This document shows, piece by piece, positions 52,176 to 64,000 of a stretch of 64,000 nt of DNA (position 1 is the first letter of the stretch; every line of letters starts with the position of its first letter). The translations under genes and the position numbers were made by a program. The notes under the pieces are model-generated. The model worked only from the letters and a program-made list of their open reading frames with translations. It ran no database searches and had not been told where the DNA came from. Source of the DNA: Callorhinchus milii (Eukaryota); contig NW_024704742.1 in NCBI RefSeq assembly GCF_018977255.1, positions 109,742,001 to 109,806,000 on the forward strand, written 5' to 3'.

Positions 52176-54218
52176 ATTCATAGATTCATAGAATGTTACG
52201 GCACAGAAGGAGGCCATTCGATCCATCGAGTCTGTGCCGGCTCTTTGACAGAGCAAGTCACTTTCACTAACCCCAATCACCAGCTTTCTCCCCATAACCC
52301 TGCAAACCCGTCTTCCCCAGACACCTATCCAGTTCTCTCTTAAAAGCTGTTATCGAATCGGACTTCACTACCCTTTCAGGCAGATCATTCCAAATTCGAA
52401 CAACTCGCTGAGTGAAAAAATTTCTTCTAACCTCCCCTCTGCTTCTTTTGGTAGATATCTTAAGACTGTGACCACGGGTCACAGACACACCTACCAGCGG
52501 AACTAGCTTTTCCTTATCTAGCCTGTCGAAACCTTTCATGATCTTGAAGACCTCTATCAGGTCCCCGCGTAACCTTCTTTGCTCTAATGGGAAAAGTCTG
52601 AACTTCTCCAGCCTGTCCTTGTAGCTAAGGTTCCCCATTCCTGGTATCATTCTCGTGAATCTCCTCTGCACCCTTTCCAGTGCCTTAAGTCCTGTAGCTC
52701 AGTGGTTAGAGCCCTCGCTTTGCAAGTGAGAGACCTGAGTTCAATTCCAGGCAGGGCGAAACCTTGGACAAGTTTCCTTACTCCACACGCCTAATAATAA
52801 TCCCTCCAAAAAAAAACACTAATAAATTGGTCATTTTCAATGTACGACTGTTTGTGGGACATTGCTGTGCGCAATTGTCTGCCGCGTTCGCCCACAAATA
52901 TGGAGTCAATTCACTTTACAGTATATTCTGTGAAGCGCTTTGGGACGTCTAGAAGACGTGAAAAGCGCTATATCAAATGCAAGGATTATGATTATTAATG
53001 TTCTTCCTGAAGTAAGGTGCCCAGAACTGGACGCAGTACTCCAGCTGAGGCCTAACCAGTATTTTGTATAGATTAACCATAACCTCCCTACTCTTATACT
53101 CTATGCCCCTACTAATAAAGCTCAGTACACCAAATGCCTCTTTTACTGCCTTATCTACCTGCCCTGCTACCTTTAATGATTCGCTTACTTGAACACCCAG
53201 ATCTCTCTGTTCGGTCACCCCCCTTAAGATTGAGCTACCAAGTCTATATTGCCTCCTATCATTTTTCCTACCTAAGTGTATCACCTCACACTTATCCACA
53301 TTGAAATCCATCTGCCACATGTCAGCCCATTCCACCATTCTGTGTATGTCTGCTTGCAGTTGGTTACAGTCCTCCTCACTATTTACTACCCTACCTAACT
53401 TTGTATCATCTGCAAACTTGGAAATAGTGCTCTCTATGCCCAAGTCTAGATCATTAATATGTATTAGAAAGAGCAGTGGTCCCAATACCGATCCCTGGGG
53501 CACACCGCTGCACATCTCCTTCCATTTCGAGAAACACCCATTAACCACCACCCTCTGCTTTCTGTCACTCAGCCAGTTCTTAATCCAAACTGCCACTGTC
53601 CCCTTAATACCGTGGGTCTCTAATTTTTTTATTAATCTCTTATGCGGTACTGTGTCAAAAGCCTTTTTGAAATCCATGTAAATAACGTCCACTGCATTTC
53701 CCTCATCAACTCTCGCAGTCACCTCTTCAAAAAATTCTATTAGATTTGTTAGGCAAGATTTGCCTTTAACAAATCCATGTTGGCTGTCTCTAATTACCTC
53801 ATGTTCTTCCAAGTAGAGATTTATTCTATCCTGGATTATGGTCTCCAGTAGTTTTCCTATTACCGAAGTTAGGCTGACTGGCCTGTAATTTCCGGGTTTG
53901 TCTTTCTGCCCCTTTTTGTAGACCGGGATAACATTAGCCACTCTCCAGTCTCTTGGCACCACTCCTGTGCCCAATGAAGATTGAAATATAATGGCCAAAG
54001 CCTCCGCTATTTGAATCGTATCTCCCACAGCAACCTTGGGTGAAACCCATCTGGTCCTGGTGACTTATCAATTTTGAGCCCAGTCAATCTTTTCAGAACT
54101 TCCTCTCTGTCTATAGTAATCTGATCTATTTCCTCTACCCTCTCATCCAATACTGCGGCATTTGGGGCATCCATTTCCGTTGTGAAGACAGATGCAAAGT
54201 ACTCATTCAGTACTTTGT
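52176..54218 (-). mobile_element. CR1 LINE, 5'-truncated, nearly intact ORF2 RT; interrupted by a SINE
   Basis: [68 protein letters not shown]. (TCTATGAA)-type 3' repeat. Confidence 0.97.
52688..52994 (+). mobile_element. Young tRNA-Ala SINE (short subfamily) inserted into CR1
   Basis: agtcctgtagctcagtggttagagc...aaggattatgatta flanked by TTA(A) on both sides. Confidence 0.93.
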
Positions 54219-55794
54219 AGTTGCTTCAAATCTGTCCCAGTTTGGATCAGAATACTCGGTGATGTCCAGGAATCAAACTTGTGACCATCTGGTCTGTATA
54301 GCTTAATACTAGGTTATGCCTTTGGGATAATGGGGAGATGTGCATTCTGTTAGCTTACATAAAAAAAGGAAAGGCATTAGTGATGGATGTTATTTTATTT
54401 TATTTTAATACTGATATCTAAAACAAGTGCATCTTATATCATTTTTGAGTTGTACCACTGATTAAAAGTGGATAATATTTAGGCTCAGTTTGTAGCTCTC
54501 ATTTTCCCGATATGAAAGGCGCTATATTAAATGCAAGGGTTATTATTATAAATATCAAGATGCCTTGCAATTGATCAAAAACAGATGGTCAATGGAATAA
54601 AAGCAGATCAAAGTAGTTGATACCATGCAGAAAAATAAAAGATTTTGAATAGAAGCATGCTTGAAGAAATATGTTTCAGGAAGTTTTTGAAGACAGAAAT
54701 AGAGGTTGTGGTTTTTGAAGAATTTTTTAAGAACGGGCATGATGAATAAAGACTTTGTCACTAATGGGGGAGAGCAGAGAATGGGAAATAAGCAACCAAC
54801 CAGAGTTGGAAGAGCAGAGGTTATGGGCTCAGGCCACGGAGGGACGTCAAGACTAGAAGAAGTATCTTAAACTTGATTCTCTGAGATGTTTGAAGCTAAT
54901 GTAACTTCGAGAGGATGGGACTAATGAATATGTGGAATTTGGTGGAGAACCAGGACTGCAGAGATTTGCATCTCTGGAGAGTGGGCATAGGGAAGCAACA
55001 ACAACAACTTGCATTTATATAGCGCTCCTCACGCAGGGTAGTGTGACAGAGGCAAATGAAGAGAGATCGAAAAAGCTATTTTCAACAATTACTTTGGATT
55101 TAATGAATATTCAGAGCGATAAAATCAGGATCCAATCTGAGCAGGATGATTGTCACTTCTTCTGAATTAGACAGATGGTGAGACTGTTAAAAGGTAGCAA
55201 GATGCACGTGCAGTTGGACAGACAGTGAGTCTGATGGACAGTGTTCCAGAAATTGACAGTGCGATGGACTAAACATTTGAAGTTGGAAGATGATATCATG
55301 AACAGCATATCTGGATAGACAAGAAATCTGAATTAAACAAGCACCAGGATTTGGAGCAAATATCAGATAGAAGGAAAACAGAATGGAAAATGTGGACATA
55401 AAGATGAACAAACAGCTCAATATGAAAGCAGCGTATAGCTTAGGTCACATAATTTAAATAACTAGTTCAATATCAAGACATGAATCATTTTTTAATAAAA
55501 TGAAAGCATACTATAGAGATTAAATCAATTTTGTGTAAACCATGCTTTTGTTAAGTACACTGGATTGAGATATTAAATTAAAGTTGAAATGGGTTCCATG
55601 ATTAGCAAACTATTCAAACTATAGTTAATAGAAGTTCAGGAATATATCTTTTATGATTAGGTGTCAGGATATATATATATACTTAACACAATTGTTTGCA
55701 TAGATTAACAATTTATTTTAATATAAATTGAAAAACTTAAAAGCAATATTCATCAATGTATGTTTCACAATAAATATGTAGATGTTTTTAAACT

Positions 55795-56112
55795 TACTGT
55801 TTACCTAGCAGTAAGTAGGAAAGCAGTTGTTAGTCGATTGGCAGATCACTTTTATTGTTATTTTCCAGGGGTAAAAATCCCTTCAAAATAAATAAATACA
55901 AATAATAATAGTTACTTAATCCACGACTGCTTGTGGGACACTGCCGGGCCCAACTGCCTGCTGCTTTTTGCCCACAAAATATACAATACAAGATTATATT
56001 TATATAGCGCTTTTCACATCGGGATATACAGTCAATTTACTTTATATTCTGAAGAGCTTTGAGACGTCTCAAAGGCATGCCAAGGCACTGTATCAAATGC
56101 AAGGATTATTAT
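55795..56112 (+). mobile_element. SINE long subfamily, 5'-truncated, with a small inverted tail insert
   Basis: acctagcagtaagtagg...gtgggacactg...caaatgcaaggattattatt. Confidence 0.8.
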
Positions 56113-57699
56113 TATGGTATTGTTCTGCAGGAAGTCATATATTTTATTTTGAATCATTTTTGATAAAATGGAGTCCCTTACAAAATAGTAATGTTAAAAG
56201 AGTATAAAGTCCAACTGCTTTTTTTTCCAAATATCACAACTTTATTTCTGAATGTGCAGAATTCTGTTCTTTCAGTTATTGAAACAGGCTTGCTACTTTG
56301 AGGTTGTACTTTTCTGAAACATTTAATTTTACACAATCTTCTGATTGTCCTGTTGTGAAAGAGATCACCACCTTAATACTAATTATTCTTTCTAAACAAT
56401 GATAATGTTCCCTCAAACCCACTTCAGTTGTTTCCAGCAAGATGGTCAATTGCATATATTTCAATTTAATTTATTCACTGTTTAAATGGAGTCATGTAAT
56501 ATTCATCTAATTTTCATTATCAACATAGCCTAATATGCAAATATATTAACAGATATTACATTAATCCTCCTGAGATCAACCTCTTTTATTACTAGTGTGG
56601 TAAGTTATGCCTGAGCACTGAATATCGAGGTAATACCACCAACAGTATGACAACTTCAAGGATGTTTTTCTGTGGACAAATGATGAATTGTTTGATTAAG
56701 ATGTAGTGGTACTCCTAATTATTTAAAATCTTAATTTTAATCCAAACAAAATGTTTGAATGAAATGAGGTTTGAAATTACAAATGCTAGTAATTTAGTCT
56801 GTCAGATCCAATTTTCTATAGTTTATCGAGTTGGGCATAAATCCAGTTAAACTGATGACCATTAGTTACCTTCTGAACTAAAGCAATATGTTCGTTTTAG
56901 ATATCTTACCCTAATGTTTCAGTTTATTTGCGTACATTTACTTAATAAATATATTTTATTTGCTTAATTTTGATATGTGTGAGCTGGATGTAGTTCTCCC
57001 AACTCAACAGAGTTGCATTATAACCATCAGTTACAATGTCCTCCCGACATGAAAGGCCCTATACAAATGTAATCTTGTTGTAGTTACAAATCGTAAAAAA
57101 ACAGCTCATTTTGGTAACTAATTGTGTAAATATTTAATGTAAAACATCATAATTAACCTAAATTGAAATAATTAATAGTCTTGATCTTGAGATAATAATT
57201 ATTTTAGAATGCATCTGTAGAGATGGTGTTCAACATGTTACTCCTTACCCACCTAATATACGATGTGTGCAACGTTCGAGAGACTGGCAACAGAACAGCA
57301 AAATTGGGTATTGCATATTTGCATACAGAACTTTTTCATTCTCCGGTTACCCAAGATTTTCAATGATCATTTTTCTAAAAATCAGAAAAATGGTTATTTC
57401 TTTTTAGGAGATGGAGAGTTTTTAAAAAAACATTGAATAATTGAATTTCACTAATCTGAATACAGTTTTTGTAAATACTGGATTATCTTTTTCAACATCC
57501 TCCAGTCCCCCTAGGAGAAGATCTGCAACTGGGTTCAGAGGAATCCTCTGAAAGAATGACCTCCATTTAAGACCGTTTTGAATCTCTGATATCAGAATAT
57601 GTGAGTCCTTAATCTAGGTACTTTATATGGCAGGATTTTGTAATGGTGTGTTCAGTTTTTCCCACTGTTGAACATAAACCATTATTGAGAGCTGTTATG

Positions 57700-60600
57700 A
57701 AGTTACAAACACTTATTGCAGTGCTATGTTGTTAATAAAGACATCAAGTGACTCTTTCCAAACATGCCACAAAGGATCGGATTTAAGCATTGTGTAAACT
57801 ATTCGTTCACCCTGGCTGATTGACACTTCCATTGACTAAAGTGTCTTTCCTCCAAATACAATAGCTTTCAGGGCACAAAACGTAAGGATTTCATGACCTG
57901 CTCCAAGGGAGTCTGACAACAGTCCTCGGAAAAGATAATGGAAGAAAGGAGATGTTAAAAAGTTTAAACAAAATGTTCCTTTGGTACCATTTGGTACAGG
58001 AAAGAAAAACTGGACTGGTTCTAAAGTGGCTGGTACAAACTGAAATTTAGGCTCCATTACTTTTGATGGTTTCCTCTTTGACCAAGAAGCCCTAGTTATT
58101 GATGTCATTGGTTGGACACCATCAAGAAAAAGCTATGTTGAAGGGTTCAGCACTGGAATAATGAATCTCTGCAAAACTCAAAGGCTTCATCTGTTTTGTT
58201 GAAACTGAAGCAAATTCCTGCTCCATTGATTTCCTTAAGATTTCAGTGCAGAGCTTACTAGACATCCAATAATTAGCAACATCACACATTACTTCATGCC
58301 AACATTTGGTATAATTGCTGAACCCTTTTTCCAGTGTTTGCAAATCTACTGAAGAAATTTTGGCATCAACTGTGCTGAGCAACCCCAGTATACAAGATTT
58401 CACTTGGCAACAACCTGCATTTAGAGTTGGCACTGATCACGTTGTAGGGACCCATACCAATTGGCACAGTGATAATGATAATGCTTGCATTGATATAGAG
58501 CCTTATCATGTCTTCAAGATGTCTCAAAGCGCTTCACAGAATATACTGTACAGTGAATTGACTATTTCATGGACAAAACAGTAGTCATAGAAAACTTACT
58601 TCCACATATTTAGTCCTATGACAGCTGTATCTAAGATTGAAATGTCAGGGTTGTAGTTATCAAATTCAAAGTACTTCAATCCCAGGTGCAGATTATTATT
58701 GTGGTTTATCTTCATATGTGCTGTTGACATATCTATTTATTTCTGGGTGATTGGCTCATCAGAGATTGCTGTCAGAATGATGTTTAGACAGCCTTACAGA
58801 TACTTAATACATGTAGTAGCTCAGTTTTCTAAGCAGTTATCTCTAGTCAAAGGAGAAGCCTGTGCAGGTTCATGGGATAGTAACCTCAGATCACGGTCCA
58901 GCAGCAACAATATATATAGATACCCAATTTCACACAAATCTGGGAAAGATTGTTGTACCTCAATTATTATGCAGGCTTTGAGGACTGGAAGCCCCATTGC
59001 AAAAAGGGGCAGTTTCAACTGGACACTGCCTTGGTTTGATGAAATGTTAAAGAGATCATTTCAGCTGAACCTACTTTTGTTGTGCTGAACCCACATGGAT
59101 TCTTGTTAAACGAGGTAGGAGAAATTGATCAGGCACCAACCATAGATCTGATATTATAATCTAAAGAGGACAAGCTCTTCAAGAATGTTGCAGCCAATTC
59201 CCTCTCAGTTTACCAGAGATCTTTCCCAGATTTGTGTGAAATTGAGTGTCCTTGTATATTGTTGCTGGTTGACTGTGGTCTGAGGTCACAACCCCATGAA
59301 ACTGATAGAGAGGGTCACATAGACAAGACCCATGGAAGGTATGTGATGTATTGCGGACAGTTAATAATAATAATAATCCTTGCATTTGATATAGCGCTTT
59401 TCATGTCGGGAGGACGTCCCAAAGCGTTTCACAGAACACACTGTAAAGTGAATTGACTGTATATTTGTGGGCGAACGCGGCAGCCAATTGCGCACAGCAA
59501 TGTCCCACAAACAGTCGTAGATTGAAAATGACCAATTTATTATTGTTTTGGGTTTTGGAGGGATTATTATTAGGCGTGTGGAGTAAGGAAACTTGCCCAA
59601 GGTTTCGCCCTGCCTGGAATTGAACTCAGGTCTCTCAATTGCAAAGCGAGTGCTCTAACCACTGAGCTACAGGACTCCACAGTTTAAGACTATTACACTG
59701 CATGATAATGTTCCTTGGGATGAACAACATCACAGTGGCCAGAAACAGGTCTCCAAGTCTCTTGACTTAGAGTATAAATCTAGATTTCCCTTTGGAGCAA
59801 AAACAAGGAAAATTCTTGGCATAGTATATGTCTATGTAAAACTACCAGATTAACAGTTTGTCTGTGAGTAGACGATCCATCAAGAAATAGTCAAGGATTT
59901 TTTCAGGACTTGGGAGTCATCCTTCCATAGATCATCTTCAGGTTGTCATGCAATAATAATAATAATACTTGCATTTGATATAGTGCCTTATAAACTCAAA
60001 ATCTACAAATATATCTGCCTGGAGATTCGATCTGAAAACAATTTCTGATTTCTTATGGACAAATGTTAGAGTAAACCACGTTAAATATGTACACCATTTT
60101 ACTGCATTATCTTATAGTTTCTAAAGAGTCTGTGAAGTATAAGATAGTTCAATGGTACTGATGTACATATTTTAAATCAGACTGCACTTTGTAAAGATTC
60201 AACACTTGTTTGGGACCTGGTTAACCCAATTGTGAAGCAGCTTCATGCCCCAGCCTTGGATGCACATTGATGTTTCAGAAATATGACGATCAAAAGGACC
60301 TCCCAAACTTTCTCTTCAGGTATGTCTGAGAATGGCGACTGCACTGATGCTTTCCCTTAGAAAATGCTCCGCTGATCACTAGAGCATCAATGCTTAGCTC
60401 TTGCTTGCAAGTTGCTATCATCATTCTTTTTACTAATTCCAGACCCTGAGTTAACATTCATTGTGTCTCCTTGGCTGCGCAATGTTGCACAGGTTACTCC
60501 TTTATGGGCCTACGAGGCCTTAACAAGCTCAGGGCATTGTGCCATTGGCTATGATACAGGATTTCTGCCCTACCCCATTTCAAGATGACCTATTAAAAGA

Positions 60601-60950
60601 AGTAGCTGTTTTTTTATTCTGTTTGAAGCTACAGGATTAGAAGATCAGAAGAAGAGTGAGATTTATTGCTGTTATTTTATAGTTGCCAAAAAGTCTAATA
60701 GGGCAATATTTCTTGAAGACTTAGAACACGGCAAGAGTATGATTCAGACTCATCCATTCACTATTGGAAGATTCTCACTGTGATGTTTCAAATTGTGGCT
60801 GCGCAGAAAAGATGTAGAGAGTAGAAGAAAACTCACAGTATTTAACCTTGTCAGTTGACAGTCTTCCCGTAACAACGGCTTTCATCTACTCCATCATATT
60901 TCCAGCAGTGGTGTCAAATAGTATTTTCATGAATTTTATTAAATTTTTTT
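57700..60950 (-). mobile_element. Highly decayed L1-clade LINE (ORF1, endonuclease and ORF2 C-terminus; RT core largely missing)
   Basis: Manual minus-strand translation gives, in order: SSRNIALL and HNALSLLRPRRP (ORF1-like); NLQADIF, DDLWK, ILDYFLMDRLL and GVVTSDH (APE endonuclease); YFEF..NPDIS; ERIVYTM..KSDPLWHVWK (C-terminus). Confidence 0.6.
59363..59678 (-). mobile_element. Young full-length tRNA-Ala SINE (short subfamily) with 6-bp TSD
   Basis: ACAGTT at 59357-59362 and 59679-59684. Close match to the reverse complement of 52688-52994. Confidence 0.93.
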
Positions 60951-61704
60951 AAAGTTACACATATGAACCCCGTTACAGTGTAGTTCAACAAAGAGCTGCC
61001 TCGCATATAGCGCCAGTCCACTGTGGACCTACGTTAATACTGGAAGCAAGGTATACCCAAATTCCCACAATGACTAGTGCAGGAAGGAACTTCCCAGTGC
61101 TTTCCATGAATGCACACAATGACTCCGTGGCTACCTGGCAACCCAGAAGTTGGCCATTTTTCTGTGCCTTGATTTTAAAACAGTCAGTGAGACATTGGAC
61201 CTGGCCAACTGAGTTAAAATGAAATTTCCCTGTAGGACCTGAACAATCAGACCCTCAGGCACTTTTATCCTCTGCAGTGGCTGGTCTGTTGCTTTTGTCT
61301 GATGAGCTGCAAGTGGTAGGCGACCTAGAAGTACAGTGGATACTTCACTTACTCGCTTTATGAATTAATTTTGTAGAAATATAATTTTAGAATGTATGAA
61401 TGCAATGAAATTCAACCTTTGTGGAAAGAGCAAACATAAATTAGTCCTGGAAATTACATGATTTTTATTATATCTTCTCTGCTCTTGAGCTTCCCTCCTC
61501 TTTTTGCTTCTTTGTGATATACCTGCCAATACTGCAACTCCACGATTTCAGGCAGAATGCTTCTCTTTATTATTCATTTCCAGAGTAATAGGTCAAAATT
61601 TTCTTGTTCAATAAACTCCAATGCCAAATCTGTGAATAAATCAGCCAGTCAGCACCACATATAGGAAGGTATTTCACTTTTAAACACTGCTAACATCTAA
61701 TATA

Positions 61705-62240
61705 CACTATATATATATACTAATAAAACTACAATGTCTGTCTGCGCTTCAAGAAGGATCTCATTAACCGATTGCCAAAGAGACATGATTTATATCTCAT
61801 CTGAAAGGTCTTGCATGTGAGAGTGACACGGGCATGTTTGTTTTCAGGAATCTCCTATCGTTCATGAGTTATTTTCAGTTTTGCGTTTTTCACTGCAGTT
61901 ACACCTGATGGCTGCCGAGTCAAAATGGCACTGTGGCATTGTGCACCACAGAGAACTTATGTAGGTACGCGTACACTGCAATTATACCTGGTGGCTGCAC
62001 TGGCTGACTGTGGCACTATGGCATCCTGCGTCTCAGAGCACGCACGTAGCCAAGCAGTGGGAAAAAAATAACACAGACGAAGCTAAGCCACGGCAATAAC
62101 AACAAAATTAAATTTTTAGTGTGCCGAGTCGTGCCACTGAGTCCTCCCAAAAGGAATCCTCCCACAGGAGTCCTCCCAGATGAGTACAGATAAAGACAAA
62201 ATGCCTGTCTGTTTGTCTGTCTGTGTGTCAATCTACATTC
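61705..62240 (+). mobile_element. Possible non-autonomous Helitron-like element
   Basis: Starts ctatatatatatactaataaaa...tgtctgtctg, an architecture I associate with Helitron 5' ends. CpG-retaining interior. No clear 3' CTRR or hairpin found. Confidence 0.35.
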
Positions 62241-63479
62241 CATATTGGATCCTTTGCTTACAAGTGTAGCTGGAATGGGTACATCAAGTGTGTATATAGA
62301 GAGACGATTATCTGGATTAATTGCAAATAACCTCACGTAATTTAACACCATTGAAATATTATTTAAAATTGGTTGCAGTGCTAACTTAAAAAAAAACAAC
62401 CATGAAGAGTTATGTTGTCACTACTGTGCCAGCTCTTCTCTCTCATCCAATCTTTCTAACTCATTCCCACTCTGCCTTTTTCTTTCTTTCTTGTGAGATT
62501 CTATTTCTCTCTGAGTCTCACTGACTTATCTAAGTCATTTTCTATCTCAGTCTTCCTCACTCTCTTTTGCTCCCTTTATGACTATCTCTAGATGCATTTG
62601 TTTCTCTGGCTGAAACCTACACTCTGCAAAAATATGATCTTTTAACATTGTGTTATCAGCAAAAAAAATCCAGTGCAGAAATGTCTAATCTCTTCAACTT
62701 TCGTGTGTGTGTGTGTGCACAACTTTTTCTGTCACTTTGACTGAAATTAGTGACCGCAGGAAAGTTGGATTGTTTTAAATGTCCTAATCTAGAACTTTGT
62801 TTTCTGTATGTCTCTCGCCCTCTCCACCATCGGCAACCGTGCTTTCAGCCACTATGCCTCAAAATTCTGCCTCAATCCTTCCATCTTATTCAATCCTTGA
62901 CTGTTTTCAGATCGCAACTAAAGACATTCCTCTTTGACCTTGCCAACGGTCTGTTATCAGTTGGGCATCAAGCTCTAGCATTGTTAAGTGCGTTGAGTTG
63001 CTACCCTGAAGTATGCATTATAAATGCAAGTTGTATCACTGATGTGACAATGTCAAGATGTTTTTGCAGTCACAACATGTTGCTAACTGTACAATATCAA
63101 GTTGGAACTCTTTAACACACAACTATTTGGCTCTGGAACTCCCTTCCTCACTCCCTTCACCTCGCCCCCTCTCTTCCCACTTTCAGGTCTCGGCTGAAGA
63201 CCTTTTTGACCGCGCTTTTGGTCACTTTCCTTGCCTGCCCCCTGGCTCGGCCCCAGTATCTGTTACTGTGAAGCACTCTGAGACGCCGTCCGGCGTGGAG
63301 GACGCTAATTAAATCCAAATTGTTGTTGTTGAGATCTGACCCAATTTGAGGTCTTGCTGGATCTGGAGCTGGCAACCCAGGCCATATTATTATTATTATT
63401 GGACTTCTGGAGTCAGGCTTGTCTCTGGTGGCAAATTAGTACTGTAAAAGAGCAGAGAGAGAAAAAGGATGGTCTAAGC

Positions 63480-63790
63480 TGAAACTCCAATGCAGTGGGG
63501 GTACCATCCTTTGGATGAGATGTTAAGTCGAGGCTCCGTCTGCCTGTTCAGTGAGCATTAAAGATCCCATGGCACTATTCGAAAGGGAGGGGAGCTTTTC
63601 CCGGTGTCCTGGCCAACAATCCCTCAAATAAAATTGGTCATTCATATCATGATTGTTTGTGGGACATTGCTGTTTGTAAATTGGCTGTAAATTGAATACA
63701 CAGTCACTCCACAGTAACTCCTGCGAAGCGCTTTGGGACATCCTCCCAACATGAAAGGCCCTATTCCAAATTCAAGGATTATTATTATTA
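63480..63790 (+). mobile_element. Old Deu-domain SINE (SacSINE1/AmnSINE-like core)
   Basis: cctttggatgagatgttaag, ttaaagatcccatggcactattcgaa, gtgggacattgctgtttgtaaattggctg, then an L2-type tail. Confidence 0.8.
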
Positions 63791-64000
63791 CTTTGGATAA
63801 TTGCATACTCTGTATAATTGCATAGTCTGTCTCGTCCCGACTCCATGCAATTATATGGAGAGCACTGTAGTAATAATAATTAGTAGCATTGTTTTCAAAA
63901 GCCCTTTTTCAAGTTGAGCACAATTCAGGGAATAAAATGTTGCTAAGATTCAAGGGATAATATTAGCATTCTTCTCACTGCCTGCCTTAGAACCCATTCC

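Larger units (their letters stand above)
7300..64000 (+). other. FAM172A: FAM172A/ARB2A gene, 5' portion (promoter, five coding exons, long introns); continues beyond window
   Basis: Spliced translation [190 protein letters not shown] matches vertebrate FAM172A as I recall it. The next exon (expected EGYGVIVLNPN...) was not seen. Confidence 0.95.

Noticed and set aside
52973..54028. 351-aa ORF as a functional or domesticated gene
   Set aside because: It is a 5'-truncated CR1 ORF2 piece with no ATG start or endonuclease, and it terminates inside an inserted SINE.
57700..60950. Endogenous RNA-virus fragment
   Set aside because: The decayed coding-like DNA was considered viral at first, but the motif order fits L1 ORF1 and the APE endonuclease better.
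1..64000. Prokaryotic or phage systems (CRISPR, retrons, defence operons)
   Set aside because: The sequence is a spliced vertebrate gene with LINEs and SINEs. There is no repeat-spacer array or operon, and all RT motifs belong to non-LTR retrotransposons.
36720..64000. Further FAM172A exons or a nested retrogene
   Set aside because: The expected next peptide was not found by eye or in the ORF track. A short exon could have been missed.

Overview
Vertebrate genomic DNA, probably from a cartilaginous fish. That assignment is an inference from the L2/CR1 LINE and Deu-domain tRNA-SINE content. The window holds the 5' half of FAM172A/ARB2A on the + strand: a CpG-island promoter at about 7.3-7.85 kb and five coding exons (11101-11209, 14372-14473, 17201-17301, 34801-34866, 36528-36719). 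They splice GT-AG in compatible phases into 190 uninterrupted codons, and the gene then runs into an intron that extends past the window end. The rest is intronic or intergenic: many L2 copies, CR1 copies, tRNA-Ala-headed SINEs sharing the L2 3' tail, a Tc1/pogo-type MITE, a heavily decayed L1-clade element and a possible Helitron end. I found no prokaryote-type system and no convincing new protein-coding gene. The best leads are inverted L2 pairs bracketing exon blocks (circRNA geometry; one circle would be a stop-free 258-nt frame), a weak/strong dual start codon around a hydrophobic leader, a duplicated splice-acceptor region, motif-dense candidate enhancers and two long palindromes. Identity values are by-eye estimates and repeat boundaries are approximate.
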